This document shows, piece after piece, positions 17,851 to 27,421 of a stretch of 64,000 nt of DNA; positions within the stretch are counted from its first letter, which is position 1; every line of letters begins with the position of its first letter. Origin of the DNA: Acidimicrobiales bacterium (GTDB taxonomy: Bacteria; Actinomycetota; Acidimicrobiia; Acidimicrobiales; RAAP-2); assembly GCA_035551835.1 (NCBI GenBank), contig DASZMN010000072.1:8573-72572 (forward strand), read 5' to 3'. Under the pieces are notes generated by a model, which was not told the DNA's origin, did not search any database, and worked only from the letters and a program-made list of their open reading frames with translations. The translations under genes and the position numbers were made by a program.

Positions 17851-18811
17851 CCCGCAGCTGCTTCCAGCGGGCGCTGTCGCACAGGTTGCCGAGGAACTCG
17901 ACGACGGTATGCGCGGCCAGGTACGAGGTGACGCCGGTACCCACGTCGAGCTGCGGATTGACCTCGACCAGGTCGAACCCCACTATGCGGGCCCGCTCAG
18001 TCAGCGCGGCGAGCGCATCACGCAGCTCGTCGTACCGCATTCCATTGGGCTCGGCCGAGACGCACCCGGGAACCAGCGAGAGGTCGAGGACGTCCATGTC
18101 GAGACTTATGTAGCAGTCGGCACCCGGCGGCACGAGCGCGGCGACCTCGACCGGCCCGCGGTGCCGGAAGTCAGCCATCGTCACGACCGTGTTCCCGTCT
18201 GCATGGGTGTCGCGCCACATCACCTCCGTGGTGCGCAAGCTGCGGATGCCCACCTGGATGAGACCGCGTACGTGGGAGAGCCGAGCGATGTGGCGGAACG
18301 CATGCGCGTTCGTCATCGAGGCCCCGTGGACGAAGGGCATGTAATCGAGATGCGCATCGAAGTGGACCACGTAGAGCGGCTCGGAGAAGGCCCGGACGAC
18401 GGGATAGGAGATGGCGTGATCGCCCCCAAGCACCAGCGGCGTCCCGCCCCGTGAGAGGGCGCGAGCGGTCAGGGCCGTGATGTTGTCGAAGGTGCCCACG
18501 ACGTTGGTCGGAATCACGTCCGCGTCCCCGAGGTCGACGATCCGGTGCTCGCCCATCTCCCGCTGAAGCCGGCGCTCGGCCCTCGTCGGGTCGAAATAGC
18601 CGGGTTCGTCGGAGACGAAGCGGAGCGAGTGTTCACGGATCGACCGCGGACCGAACCGGGAGCCGGGCATGAAGGGCGAGCCCTCGTCCGTCGGCGCACC
18701 CAGGACGACGAGGTCGGCCGTCACCGGGTCGTCCGGCCCGAGCACCGGAGCGCGTAAGAACGAAGCGATGCCCGTGAACGGCATGTCCATCCGGCTTGGC
18801 GGCACCGTCAA
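17819..18811 (-). CDS. arginase-fold ureohydrolase, divergent paralog
   Basis: [32 protein letters not shown]. Likely TTG start at 18811 (GGGAGGG 4 nt upstream) or ATG at 18790. The upstream 120 codons of the 452-aa ORF look non-coding. Confidence 0.8.
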   Translation of the reverse strand: MTVPPSRMDMPFTGIASFLRAPVLGPDDPVTADLVVLGAPTDEGSPFMPGSRFGPRSIREHSLRFVSDEPGYFDPTRAERRLQREMGEHRIVDLGDADVIPTNVVGTFDNITALTARALSRGGTPLVLGGDHAISYPVVRAFSEPLYVVHFDAHLDYMPFVHGASMTNAHAFRHIARLSHVRGLIQVGIRSLRTTEVMWRDTHADGNTVVTMADFRHRGPVEVAALVPPGADCYISLDMDVLDLSLVPGCVSAEPNGMRYDELRDALAALTERARIVGFDLVEVNPQLDVGTGVTSYLAAHTVVEFLGNLCDSARWKQLRVSAAPAGPSE

Positions 18812-18921
18812 TGTTCCCTCCCGTGCGTGTTGCCGACGGCTCGCGGACACGAGCGCCACCCCCATCTCTGTAACAGTGCATTCACGCGCGGGAAACGGAC
18901 TGCGAATGTTGCAGCCGTAGG

Positions 18922-19824
18922 GTGAGCTTCGCACTCCTGAACAAAGCGGGGAGACCAGATACCGACGTGAAGCGAGACCTTCTTGTTGGCGTGGCCCAGT
19001 GGCTGCCGACGCCGGGCGAGCGACGCCAAAACATGAACGTGGCGCTGGGAATGATCGAGGAGGCGGGCAAGCGCGGTGTCGAGCTCCTGGTGCTCCCGGA
19101 GCTGTGGTCCTGCGGCTACGACCCCGAGTCGCTGGGTCGCGACGCCCGGGCGGACGCCGAACCCCTGGACGGCCCACGGACGGAGCAGCTCTCGCAGGCG
19201 GCCAGCCGCCACGAGATGTGGCTGGCGGCCGGCAGCGTGCCCGAACGGGGCGACGACGGGCTGATTTACGACACGGCGCTCCTCTTCAACCAGCGGGGCA
19301 CACTCGTTGCCTGGCACCGCAAGGCGCACCTCTACCCGCCGACGCTCGAGCCGAACGTGTTCACCCCGGGAGACCGGCTCACGACGTACGACGACCCCAT
19401 TCTCGGGTGCATCGGGCTGGTGGTCTGCTTCGACGGGGACTTCCCCGAGGTCGCCCGTACCCTGGCCTTGCGAGGCGCCCGTCTCATCCTCGCCCCCTCG
19501 GCGTACGAGATCGAGGGGGCCAACGCATGGGACCTGCTGTACCCAGCGCTGGCCCTGACGAACAGCCAATGGTGGGTCCAGGCCAACCAGGCCGGGTCGC
19601 ACTCCACGTCGACGATGCTCGGGGCGAGCCGGATCGTGGCCCCCACGGGGACCGTGGTGGCCGAGGCGACCCGGGCCGTGCCGGGCTCCTCCAGCAAGGC
19701 GGAGCTCCTCGTTCACCGCATCGACCTCCACCTCGCGTACGCCAGGGACGGGATCTCGGGCCTGCTGGAAGAAGGGCGCCATCCCGACCTCTACTTCGAC
19801 CGGGAGCCGGCCAAGTCGAGGTAG
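18922..19824 (+). CDS. carbon-nitrogen hydrolase (nitrilase superfamily amidase)
   Basis: Glu in LVLPELW, Lys in WHRKAHLY, Cys in LVVCFDGDFPE. The start may be the GTG at 18967 (VKRDLLVGVAQ). Confidence 0.8.
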   Translation: MSFALLNKAGRPDTDVKRDLLVGVAQWLPTPGERRQNMNVALGMIEEAGKRGVELLVLPELWSCGYDPESLGRDARADAEPLDGPRTEQLSQAASRHEMWLAAGSVPERGDDGLIYDTALLFNQRGTLVAWHRKAHLYPPTLEPNVFTPGDRLTTYDDPILGCIGLVVCFDGDFPEVARTLALRGARLILAPSAYEIEGANAWDLLYPALALTNSQWWVQANQAGSHSTSTMLGASRIVAPTGTVVAEATRAVPGSSSKAELLVHRIDLHLAYARDGISGLLEEGRHPDLYFDREPAKSR

Positions 19825-21524
19825 GTCCTCCACCCGCCGAACTCGCTGATGTCGGGCGCTCCCTCGAGCGCGACCGGCTCGCAGAGGAAGCCCGGGACCG
19901 ATGTCCCGTCCTCGAGCAGCACCGTCCCGATCAACATCGGAGGCGGGACCGCGGCGACGAAATCGGCAAAGCGCGACGGAGCGAGGTCCCAGACCTCGAC
20001 TTCAATCGGCAGGCCGCCACCCGTGACGCGGACAAGTCCGGGTTTCGGGGGTTCGGTCGCCAGGGCGTGCAGCCGGTAGCAGGATGCAGTGCGGGTGACG
20101 CTGCGAAGCCGTGCCCCGCGCGACGTCAGCTGGTGGTGCAGCGGCTGTCCGCTGAGATGCGCACCCACGACGGCCAGCGACAGCGCGGGCGGCCGCAACC
20201 GCAGCGGGGAATGGTGCGGCGGAGGGGGCGACGACGAGTCCTCGAGCCGGGCCGCGATCTCGAGCTGGACGAGGTCGGTGAAGGCCGGGCCGATACAGCT
20301 GACCCCGAACGGTCGCCCTGCTGCCATCCCGGCCGGGACGGCGACGGCGCACATGTCGAGCAGATTGAGGAACGTCGTGAAATGACCCAGCCCGGCGTTC
20401 ACCCCGACCGGGTCGGCGGCGACCTCGGCCAACGTCGGGTGGCGCGTGGTCGTCGGTAGGAGCAAGGTGTCGGCGTCCACGCGGTCCCACTCGGCCTGGG
20501 CCTCGACCGCCAGCTGGGCCAACGTTTCCTGATCGGCCGCCAGCTCCACGGCGCGGATGCCCGCGGCGGTGCCGATGATGCGGCCGACGATCGCGTCCAC
20601 CTCGTGTGGGTGCGTCTCGACGAAGCGGCCCACCGCGGCGTACCGCTCGGCTACGAACGCGCCATCGTAGAGGAGGCCGCCGGCGCGCAGGAAGGGACCG
20701 AGATCGAGCGGACGGAGGACGCAGCCCGCTTCCACGAGCCTCGCTGTGGCGGCGCCGTACGCGTCCAGCCAATCCGTCGCCAGCACTCCGAGCACCTCGT
20801 CGCCGGGTACCGCGACCACCGCGGGTCTCCGGGGCGCGAGCGGCAGGTCGGACGGGAACGAGCGACGTCCCGGCGCCGCGCCGTGCGGACCCGTCAGCGC
20901 AGCCATCGCTTCCTCGCAACCGGCCACGTCGCGAGCGAAGACCGTCACGCAGTCGAAGGACCGACAGGCCGGCACGACCCCGACGGTCGAGACGAGACCC
21001 ACGGTCGCCTTGAACCCCACGACGCCGTTCAGGGCGGCGGGCACCCGGCCCGACCCGGCGGTGTCGGTACCCAAGGCAAGGTCGACCTCGCCCAGCGCGA
21101 CGGCCACGGCTGAGCCACTGCTGCTCCCGCCCGCGATCAGGTCGGGGTCCGAGGCACTGCGGACCGCGCCGTAGGGGCTGCGTGTCCCCACCAACCCGGT
21201 GGCGAACTGGTCCATGTTCGTCTTCCCGATGCACAGCGCCCCCGACTCCAGCAAGGCCCGAACCGCGGGCGCGTCGTGCACGGGCAGGTAGGAGAAGGCC
21301 GGGCAGCCCGCCGTGGTCGGAAGTCCCGCCACGTCGACGTTGTCCTTGACGGCGAACGTCAGCCCGGCAAGCGGGAGGTCCGCCGCCGAGCGCACCTTCG
21401 CGTCGATCCGGTCCGCCGCCACGAAGATGTCTGTCGGGTCGAAGCGGCTGATCCACGCCTCGGGGCGCGGGGAAGCTTCGATCGCAGCCAGAGCGCGCTC
21501 CGCCGCCTGCCGCGCGCTCGTCAT
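19791..21524 (-). CDS. atzF: allophanate hydrolase (amidase signature domain + AtzF-type C-terminal domain)
   Basis: FAVKDN, GGSSSGSAVAVA amidase signature and C-terminal AHLSGQPLHHQL...YRLHAL domain. The ATG at 21524 is preferred over 21569, which would overlap the carboxylase gene by 32 nt. Confidence 0.9.
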   Translation of the reverse strand: MTSARQAAERALAAIEASPRPEAWISRFDPTDIFVAADRIDAKVRSAADLPLAGLTFAVKDNVDVAGLPTTAGCPAFSYLPVHDAPAVRALLESGALCIGKTNMDQFATGLVGTRSPYGAVRSASDPDLIAGGSSSGSAVAVALGEVDLALGTDTAGSGRVPAALNGVVGFKATVGLVSTVGVVPACRSFDCVTVFARDVAGCEEAMAALTGPHGAAPGRRSFPSDLPLAPRRPAVVAVPGDEVLGVLATDWLDAYGAATARLVEAGCVLRPLDLGPFLRAGGLLYDGAFVAERYAAVGRFVETHPHEVDAIVGRIIGTAAGIRAVELAADQETLAQLAVEAQAEWDRVDADTLLLPTTTRHPTLAEVAADPVGVNAGLGHFTTFLNLLDMCAVAVPAGMAAGRPFGVSCIGPAFTDLVQLEIAARLEDSSSPPPPHHSPLRLRPPALSLAVVGAHLSGQPLHHQLTSRGARLRSVTRTASCYRLHALATEPPKPGLVRVTGGGLPIEVEVWDLAPSRFADFVAAVPPPMLIGTVLLEDGTSVPGFLCEPVALEGAPDISEFGGWRTYLDLAGSRSK

Positions 21525-21537
21525 GCGGCCCCACGCG

Positions 21538-24500
21538 TCACGCTGACTCCAAGACGACGAGCGGCGCACCGGCGGCCACCTGCGTGCCCGGCGTCACGAA
21601 GACCTCGACGACCGCGCCGTTGCAGGGCGAGACCACCGCGGTCTCCGTCTTCATCGCCTCAATGATCACCATGGCCTGGCCGGCGACCACCTGGTCCCCC
21701 GGCTGCACGCTGACCTTCCACACGTTTGACGTCATCGGGGCAGTGACAAGCGTGCCGTTGGCCGGGACCGCGACGCTCGGCAAATCCGGCGGGTCCAGCG
21801 CAGGCTCGTTACGGGGCTCGAATTCGCCGGCGGCCGCCCAGGCGGCGCGCTCGGCTGCGAACGCGGCCGCCTGACGCTCCTTGAAGACCGCGATGCTCGG
21901 TGCCTCCTGGCGCAGCATGTCCTCGTACTCGTGCAACCGGAACGTGCCGGGCTCGGTGCGCACCGGAAACCGCCCCCCGGCAAAGTCGGCGCGCGCGTCG
22001 AGCAGCTCGTCCGCCGTCACCGGGTACCAGTGGATGCGGTCGAAGAACCGCAACAGCCAGGGGACGCCGGGTTCGAACGGGTGATGCTGACGATGGCTGT
22101 TCCAGATCTGCAGTGTCCGCCCGACGAGCTGGTAGCCACCCGGGCTCTCCATGCCATAGATGCATAGGTAGGCCCCGCCGATCCCGACTGAGCTGTCCGC
22201 CGTCCAGGTCCGAGCAGGGTTGTACTTCGTCGTGACCAGGCGGTGGCGTGGGTCGATGGGTGTCGCCAACGGCGCGCCCAGGTACACGTCGCCAAGACCG
22301 AGTACGAGGTAGGTGGCGTCGAACACGGTGCGGCGGACGTCCTCTACGTCGTCGAGCCCGTTGATGCGCCGGATGAACTCGATGTTCCACGGGCACCACG
22401 GCGCGTCCTCCCGGACGCCCGCCGCGTAGCGGGCTGTGGCCTCGTGCGTCACCGGGTCGTCCCAGGACAGCGGGAGGTGGATGGCTCGGCTCGCCACCTC
22501 CAGTTCCTCGGAGCTCGGCAAAGTCTCCTCGAGCGCGCCCACCGCGTCGAGCATGTGCCGGAGCGACGTGGCGCGCGGGTCGAAGTGCACCTGCAAGGTG
22601 CGCACGCCCGGCGTCAGATCGACGATGCCCTCGAGACCGGCCGCGACGATCTGATCCGCCAGCACGTGGACCCGGGCCCGCATAGATAGGTCGAGTTCCA
22701 TCGCGCCGTATTCGACCAGCAGGTTGTCGTCCCCATTGGCCCGGTAGGTGACCGCGGGTGTTGCCCCGGCTGGCCGCCGGTCCAGGACGCCCGACAGGTC
22801 GGCGCCCTTGCCGTTGGCGGTGCACGTGAAGTTGGGCACGAAGCGGACGCGGTCGTCGGGCCGCAGCTGCCCGAGCTTCCAGCGTTCCGAGCTCAAGACC
22901 GTCGCCGGGCAGACGAATCCGCCGAGGCTCGGCCCGTCGGGTCCGAGCAGGATGGGGAGGTCGCCCGTGTAGTTCACCGCACCCACCGAGTACGGCGTGT
23001 CGTGGATGTTCGAGGGGTGGAGGCCGGCGTCGCCGCCGTCGTCCCGGGCCCAGCCCGGGCGCGGCCCGACGAGGCGCACGCCCGTCCGGGCCGAATTGAA
23101 ATGCACCTCCCAGGCCGTTGCGTAGAGCGCGTCCAGGTCCGCCGCTAGGAAGAATTCGGGGGCGGCATGGGGTCCTGGTACGACGCCGAGCTCCCAGTCC
23201 TGCGTGAAGTGCGGCCGCTCTGGCCTGATCCCGGGCGCCCGCACCCCCACGGGTTCTCCAGTCGCATGCAGCACGTCGCCGGCCCTCAGCGTGCGGCCAC
23301 CCAGGCCGCCGATGCCGCCCAGCGTGAAGGTCGCCGCGCTCCCGAGGTACTCGGGCAATTCGAGCGCGCCGGCCACGAGCACGTAGGCCCGGATGCCCGG
23401 AGGCCCGATCGACCCGACGTCGAGCGTGGAGCCAGCGGGCACCGTGACCGGCTCCCACATGGGCACGGCGACGCTGTCCACCTGCACCGCGGCAGGGGCG
23501 CCCGTCACGCAGACCACCGTGTCGACGGCGCAGTGCAGCGCCGGCCCGTCCAACGTCGCCTCCAAGCCGGCCGCACCCTCGGCGTTGCCCAGAGCGAGGT
23601 TGCCCCACCGGAACGACCAATCGTCCATTGGCCCCGAGGGCGGGACGCCGACGTCCCAGTAACCCTGCCGCCCGGGCCAGGCCTGCACTGTCGTCTGGGT
23701 GCCGGGCCGGACGACGTCGATCCGGTGCGAGTCGTACACCACGTCGAGCAGTGTCGCCGTGGTGTGGCGAGCCGACCGGAACTCCGCGTCCTGCAGAGCC
23801 TGCTCCACGAAGGCCAGAGAGGTCTCGATGCCGCCGATCGCGCTCTTGGCGAGCGCCGCCCCGAGCGCGTCGATGGCGCCGTCGCGATCCGGAGCGGTGG
23901 CGACGACCTTGGCCAACAAGGGGTCGTAGGCGGTTGAGATCTCCGTCCCCGCTTCGACCCAGCTGTCCACGCGCACCCCCGTCGGCCAATGGACGGACGT
24001 GATGAGTCCGGGGCTGGGCCGCCAGTCCCGTTCGGGGTCCTCGGCGTAGACCCGAGTCTCGATGGCCGCGCCAGCGGGCCTGGCCAGACGCGCCTCGTGC
24101 AGGGCACCGGGGTCGCCCGCGGCGACCCGCAGCATGATCTCGACCAGGTCGAGCCCGTACACCTGCTCGGTGACGGGGTGCTCCACCTGCAACCGAGTAT
24201 TCACCTCGAGGAACATCGCCTCGGACCTCTCGACGTCATAGAGGAATTCGACGGTGCCGGCGGACCGGTACCAGACCGAGCGGCAGAGGTCGGCGCTGGT
24301 CCGCGCCAGCATCTCGCGCACCGCGTCGGGAAGGTTGGGTGCGGGGGCCTCCTCGACCACCTTCTGGTTCCGACGCTGGAGTGTGCAGTCGCGGTCGCCC
24401 AACACGACGATGTCGCCGCCGCCGTCCCCCATCACCTGCACCTCGACGTGGCGCGCCCGCCGCACTCGACGCTCGAGGAAGACGCCGTCGTCGCCGAAGT

Positions 24501-25077
24501 TCGACCCCGCCAGGCGCGCCACCCGAGCGAAGACCTCGCGCAGCTCGTCCGGCCCGTCGCACGGCGAGATACCGATACCGCCACCGCCGCCCGTCGCCTT
24601 GAGCATGACCGGGTAGCCGATGCGCTCGGCCTCCTCACACGCGTGGTCGACGCTGGAGAGCAGCCCCGACCCGGGCACCAGCGGCACACCAGCCGCCGCC
24701 GCGGCGGCCCGCGCCTCGTGCTTGACGCCGAAGAGCTCGATCTGCGCCGGGGTGGGGCCGACGAAGACGAGTCCCGCCGCCTCGACGGCCCGGGCGAAGG
24801 CCGCGTGCTCGGATAAGAAGCCGTAGCCGGGGTGCACGCCCCACGCTCCCGTGGCAAGGGCGGCCTCAATGACAGCGTCCCCTCGCAGATAGCTCTCCCG
24901 GGCCGGAGCCGTTCCCAGCCGCACGGCCCGGTCGGCGTTGCGCACGTGCAGGGAGTCACGATCCGCGTCGGAAAAGACCGCGATGGTCTCGAGACCCAGG
25001 CGCTTCGCCGTCGCCATGATCCGCGCCGCGATCTCGCCCCGGTTGGCCACCAACAACGGTCCGACCTCGAGGTTCAT
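21538..25077 (-). CDS. urea carboxylase family enzyme (biotin carboxylase + KipA/KipI-like carboxyltransferase + biotinyl domain); possibly a guanidine carboxylase
   Basis: 1179 aa. N-terminus LVANRGEIA ATP-grasp biotin carboxylase, central allophanate-hydrolase-subunit-like domains, C-terminal biotinyl-lysine motif IEAMKTE. Its ATG overlaps the upstream stop (ATGA). Confidence 0.92.
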   Translation of the reverse strand: MNLEVGPLLVANRGEIAARIMATAKRLGLETIAVFSDADRDSLHVRNADRAVRLGTAPARESYLRGDAVIEAALATGAWGVHPGYGFLSEHAAFARAVEAAGLVFVGPTPAQIELFGVKHEARAAAAAAGVPLVPGSGLLSSVDHACEEAERIGYPVMLKATGGGGGIGISPCDGPDELREVFARVARLAGSNFGDDGVFLERRVRRARHVEVQVMGDGGGDIVVLGDRDCTLQRRNQKVVEEAPAPNLPDAVREMLARTSADLCRSVWYRSAGTVEFLYDVERSEAMFLEVNTRLQVEHPVTEQVYGLDLVEIMLRVAAGDPGALHEARLARPAGAAIETRVYAEDPERDWRPSPGLITSVHWPTGVRVDSWVEAGTEISTAYDPLLAKVVATAPDRDGAIDALGAALAKSAIGGIETSLAFVEQALQDAEFRSARHTTATLLDVVYDSHRIDVVRPGTQTTVQAWPGRQGYWDVGVPPSGPMDDWSFRWGNLALGNAEGAAGLEATLDGPALHCAVDTVVCVTGAPAAVQVDSVAVPMWEPVTVPAGSTLDVGSIGPPGIRAYVLVAGALELPEYLGSAATFTLGGIGGLGGRTLRAGDVLHATGEPVGVRAPGIRPERPHFTQDWELGVVPGPHAAPEFFLAADLDALYATAWEVHFNSARTGVRLVGPRPGWARDDGGDAGLHPSNIHDTPYSVGAVNYTGDLPILLGPDGPSLGGFVCPATVLSSERWKLGQLRPDDRVRFVPNFTCTANGKGADLSGVLDRRPAGATPAVTYRANGDDNLLVEYGAMELDLSMRARVHVLADQIVAAGLEGIVDLTPGVRTLQVHFDPRATSLRHMLDAVGALEETLPSSEELEVASRAIHLPLSWDDPVTHEATARYAAGVREDAPWCPWNIEFIRRINGLDDVEDVRRTVFDATYLVLGLGDVYLGAPLATPIDPRHRLVTTKYNPARTWTADSSVGIGGAYLCIYGMESPGGYQLVGRTLQIWNSHRQHHPFEPGVPWLLRFFDRIHWYPVTADELLDARADFAGGRFPVRTEPGTFRLHEYEDMLRQEAPSIAVFKERQAAAFAAERAAWAAAGEFEPRNEPALDPPDLPSVAVPANGTLVTAPMTSNVWKVSVQPGDQVVAGQAMVIIEAMKTETAVVSPCNGAVVEVFVTPGTQVAAGAPLVVLESA

Positions 25078-25682
25078 GGTGCCTGCACCACCACGCGCAC
25101 AGGGGTCGGGTTGAAGCCGTTACACGGGTTGTTCACCTGTGGGCAGTTGGAGATCAGCGTCAACACGGCGACGTGGGACTGCAGGCGGAGCGTGCGGCCG
25201 GGTGCGGAGATCCCGTCGACGATGCCGAGCGTGCCGTCCTCCTCGACCGGCACGTTCATGTACCAGTTGATGTTGCTGACGAGGTCACGCTTACCAAGGC
25301 CCCAGCGGGCGCCCTCGACGAGGAAATTCTCGACGCACGCGTGCTGCGCCTTCGTGTGGTACCCGTAGCGAAGCGTGTTCGCCTCCTTCGAGCAGGCACC
25401 CCCGAGCGTGTCGTGGCGTCCCACCTCGTCGGCGGTGACGGTGAGCAGCGGCCGGCCTTCGTTCGAGCGCAGCTCGCTGCCGGTCGTCAAGAAGATGGAG
25501 CCCTGGCGCGCCACCGTATCGGGGGCGCTGTAGCGCTCGGCGGTGTCCGAGGCGACGTAGAACAGGCAGTCGACCGCCTGGTTGCCCTCGAGGTCGACGA
25601 TCTCGAGGGTGCCCCCAGCGGGCACGATCCCGGACCACGGCGTCCGCGGCGCCACCACGTCGTCACTCACGGTGCGCATCAT
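25074..25682 (-). CDS. urea carboxylase-associated protein 2 (DUF1989; carboxyguanidine deiminase subunit-like)
   Basis: MMRTVSDDVVAPRTPWSGIVPAGGTLEIVDLEGNQAVD... is typical of DUF1989. ATGA overlap with the upstream paralog at 25679-25682. Confidence 0.85.
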   Translation of the reverse strand: MMRTVSDDVVAPRTPWSGIVPAGGTLEIVDLEGNQAVDCLFYVASDTAERYSAPDTVARQGSIFLTTGSELRSNEGRPLLTVTADEVGRHDTLGGACSKEANTLRYGYHTKAQHACVENFLVEGARWGLGKRDLVSNINWYMNVPVEEDGTLGIVDGISAPGRTLRLQSHVAVLTLISNCPQVNNPCNGFNPTPVRVVVQAP

Positions 25683-26530
25683 CTGGTCGCCCGGGCATCG
25701 CGATCGTCCGCGGTGTTGAAGTAGGCGCGCTCGCGCTCGGGACTCGAGGTCCACGTCGGGTCGGTCGGGTTGGTCGGCTCCCCGGACCACCCGGCGATGC
25801 CGAGCGTCGTGGCATGCCACCGATCGGCGGGGTCGATGGGGTGGGCGGTGTTGGCCAGGAGCACGATAAGGGGCAACTCGGCCTTCAGGTCGACAACGGC
25901 GGGTGCACCGGATCCTCCTTGCCACAGCAGCCGGCCGCTCGACGGCTCGACCCGGACGCCCTTGAAGAACGACAGGCTGGGCGGCACGTCGCGGGGGGAA
26001 AGCCCGTGCTTGGCGGCGCCGAGGAGGAAGAGCTCGCGCCCGGCGGGCGAGGGACCCTCGGGACTGCCGCTCCCATAGCGCTCCTCATTGTGCGCCCGCG
26101 AGGAGGTCCCACAGATCGAGTCGTGACGTCCCGAGGTGTCGCTCACGACCGTTGCCAGGACTCGTCCCTGGTCCGAGAGCAGTTGCTGGCCAACAGCGGT
26201 GTAGACCTGCCACTGCACCTTGACGGTGTCCGCCACGTTGAGACGCTCCCAGGGTTGGTCGCTCCGGAACAGGAGCAGGTGTGCGCAGGCATCCGCTTCG
26301 GGGTCACTCAGGCGGATCGTCGTCCCTGCGGCCACGGCCTTGTGGGCGTACCCGCCCGGTGCGACCGTCTCAACCCAGATGAGACGCGCCGCGTCCACGC
26401 CGTCCGGCACGGCGGTGGCCCGGCGGGCCGGGATGGTCGGCATGTGGGTCGCAGCGACTTCGGCCTGGGCGCGAGCATGGTCGCGTGCTCCCGACGTGGT
26501 GGCCGTCTGACCGCTCGTCGGGCTCGACAT
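25679..26530 (-). CDS. urea carboxylase-associated protein 1 (DUF1989; carboxyguanidine deiminase subunit-like)
   Basis: First gene of the carboxylase operon and a paralog of the next gene. LIWVETVAPGGYAHKAVAAGTTIRLSDPEADACAHLLLF pattern. Confidence 0.85.
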   Translation of the reverse strand: MSSPTSGQTATTSGARDHARAQAEVAATHMPTIPARRATAVPDGVDAARLIWVETVAPGGYAHKAVAAGTTIRLSDPEADACAHLLLFRSDQPWERLNVADTVKVQWQVYTAVGQQLLSDQGRVLATVVSDTSGRHDSICGTSSRAHNEERYGSGSPEGPSPAGRELFLLGAAKHGLSPRDVPPSLSFFKGVRVEPSSGRLLWQGGSGAPAVVDLKAELPLIVLLANTAHPIDPADRWHATTLGIAGWSGEPTNPTDPTWTSSPERERAYFNTADDRDARATR

Positions 26531-26575
26531 CCCTTTCCTCTCTGCCGAATACGGTCGGTCCGACTAGGATGATTA

Positions 26576-26591
26576 TCTATCGCACGATAGA
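26576..26591. promoter_or_regulatory. perfect 16-bp palindrome TCTATCG-CA-CGATAGA, candidate TetR operator in the divergent promoter region
   Basis: Lies in the 101-bp gap between the carboxylase operon (start 26530, minus) and the TetR gene (start 26632, plus). Confidence 0.55.
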
Positions 26592-26631
26592 AATCCAGCC
26601 CATGACCCGCTCCTTCACGCGTCGTTAACAC

Positions 26632-27303
26632 ATGGCCATATCCAACGAGGCGATCCGACCGGTCGGCCGTCCGCGCGCGACGCCCGGCTACTCGTCCGAG
26701 GACGTTGCCGAAGAGATCCTGATGGCGGCCGCGGAGCTCTTCGCGGAGAACGGGTTCACCACCACGTCCACGCGCGCCATCGCCGACGCCGTGGGGCTCC
26801 GTCAGGCCTCGCTGTTCCATTACTTCGCGCGCAAGGAAGACATCCTCATCGAATTGCTGGACCGCACCGTGCGTCCGACGCTCGACGTCGTGCACCGCCT
26901 CAAGTTGGAAAAACATGCGCCTGAGCTGGCCTTATGGCACCTCATTCGGGTCGACACGGCCAACCTGTGCGAGCCACAGAACCTGGGCGCCCTCCAGTTG
27001 CTCCCAGAGGCGCGCGGCGACCAGTTCGAATTTTTCTGGCGCCGCCGCAATCAGCTCTTCCGCGTCTACGCGCGACTCATCGCGCGTGGCTATGACGCCG
27101 GCACCTTTCGCGAGGCGGATCCGCGCATGTCGGCCGAAGTCGTGTTCGGGTTGGTCGAAAGCGTCATCACGGCCAGCCACTCCTTCAGGCAAAGATCCAC
27201 CACACCCGTGGTCATTGCGGACGCAGCATTGCGCATCTGCGGTGTGCCGCCCGGCCGCGCACGCGCGGTCGCGCGTGCAGCTCGCCTTCTCGAAGCGCGC
27301 TGA
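26632..27303 (+). CDS. TetR family transcriptional regulator
   Basis: N-terminal HTH TSTRAIADAVGLRQASLFHYF and a helical C-terminal ligand domain. Confidence 0.9.
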   Translation: MAISNEAIRPVGRPRATPGYSSEDVAEEILMAAAELFAENGFTTTSTRAIADAVGLRQASLFHYFARKEDILIELLDRTVRPTLDVVHRLKLEKHAPELALWHLIRVDTANLCEPQNLGALQLLPEARGDQFEFFWRRRNQLFRVYARLIARGYDAGTFREADPRMSAEVVFGLVESVITASHSFRQRSTTPVVIADAALRICGVPPGRARAVARAARLLEAR

Positions 27304-27421
27304 CGCGCGTGTTCACCGTTCTGAAACGTTCTCGAACTCACCCGGAAACAGAAGGGGGTTTGAATCGACCTCGTTGACAGAGAGGCGACGGGGGGCGGCT
27401 CGCAGAAGGTGAGGAGGTGAG

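Noticed and set aside
21640-21660. Biotinylation motif reads EAMKTE instead of the common EAMKME.
   Set aside because: The biotinyl-lysine context A-M-K is intact. Variation at the +1 position occurs in biotin-dependent carboxylases, so this is not evidence of anything unusual.
26531-26631. Possible ykkC/guanidine riboswitch upstream of the carboxylase operon, which is its classic location.
   Set aside because: The gap is only 101 nt. On the operon strand only CCUAGUCGGACCGACCG vaguely resembles the 5' core. The GGGAUAAAAGCCCGGGAG block and the terminator are absent. A TetR-type palindrome occupies the region instead.
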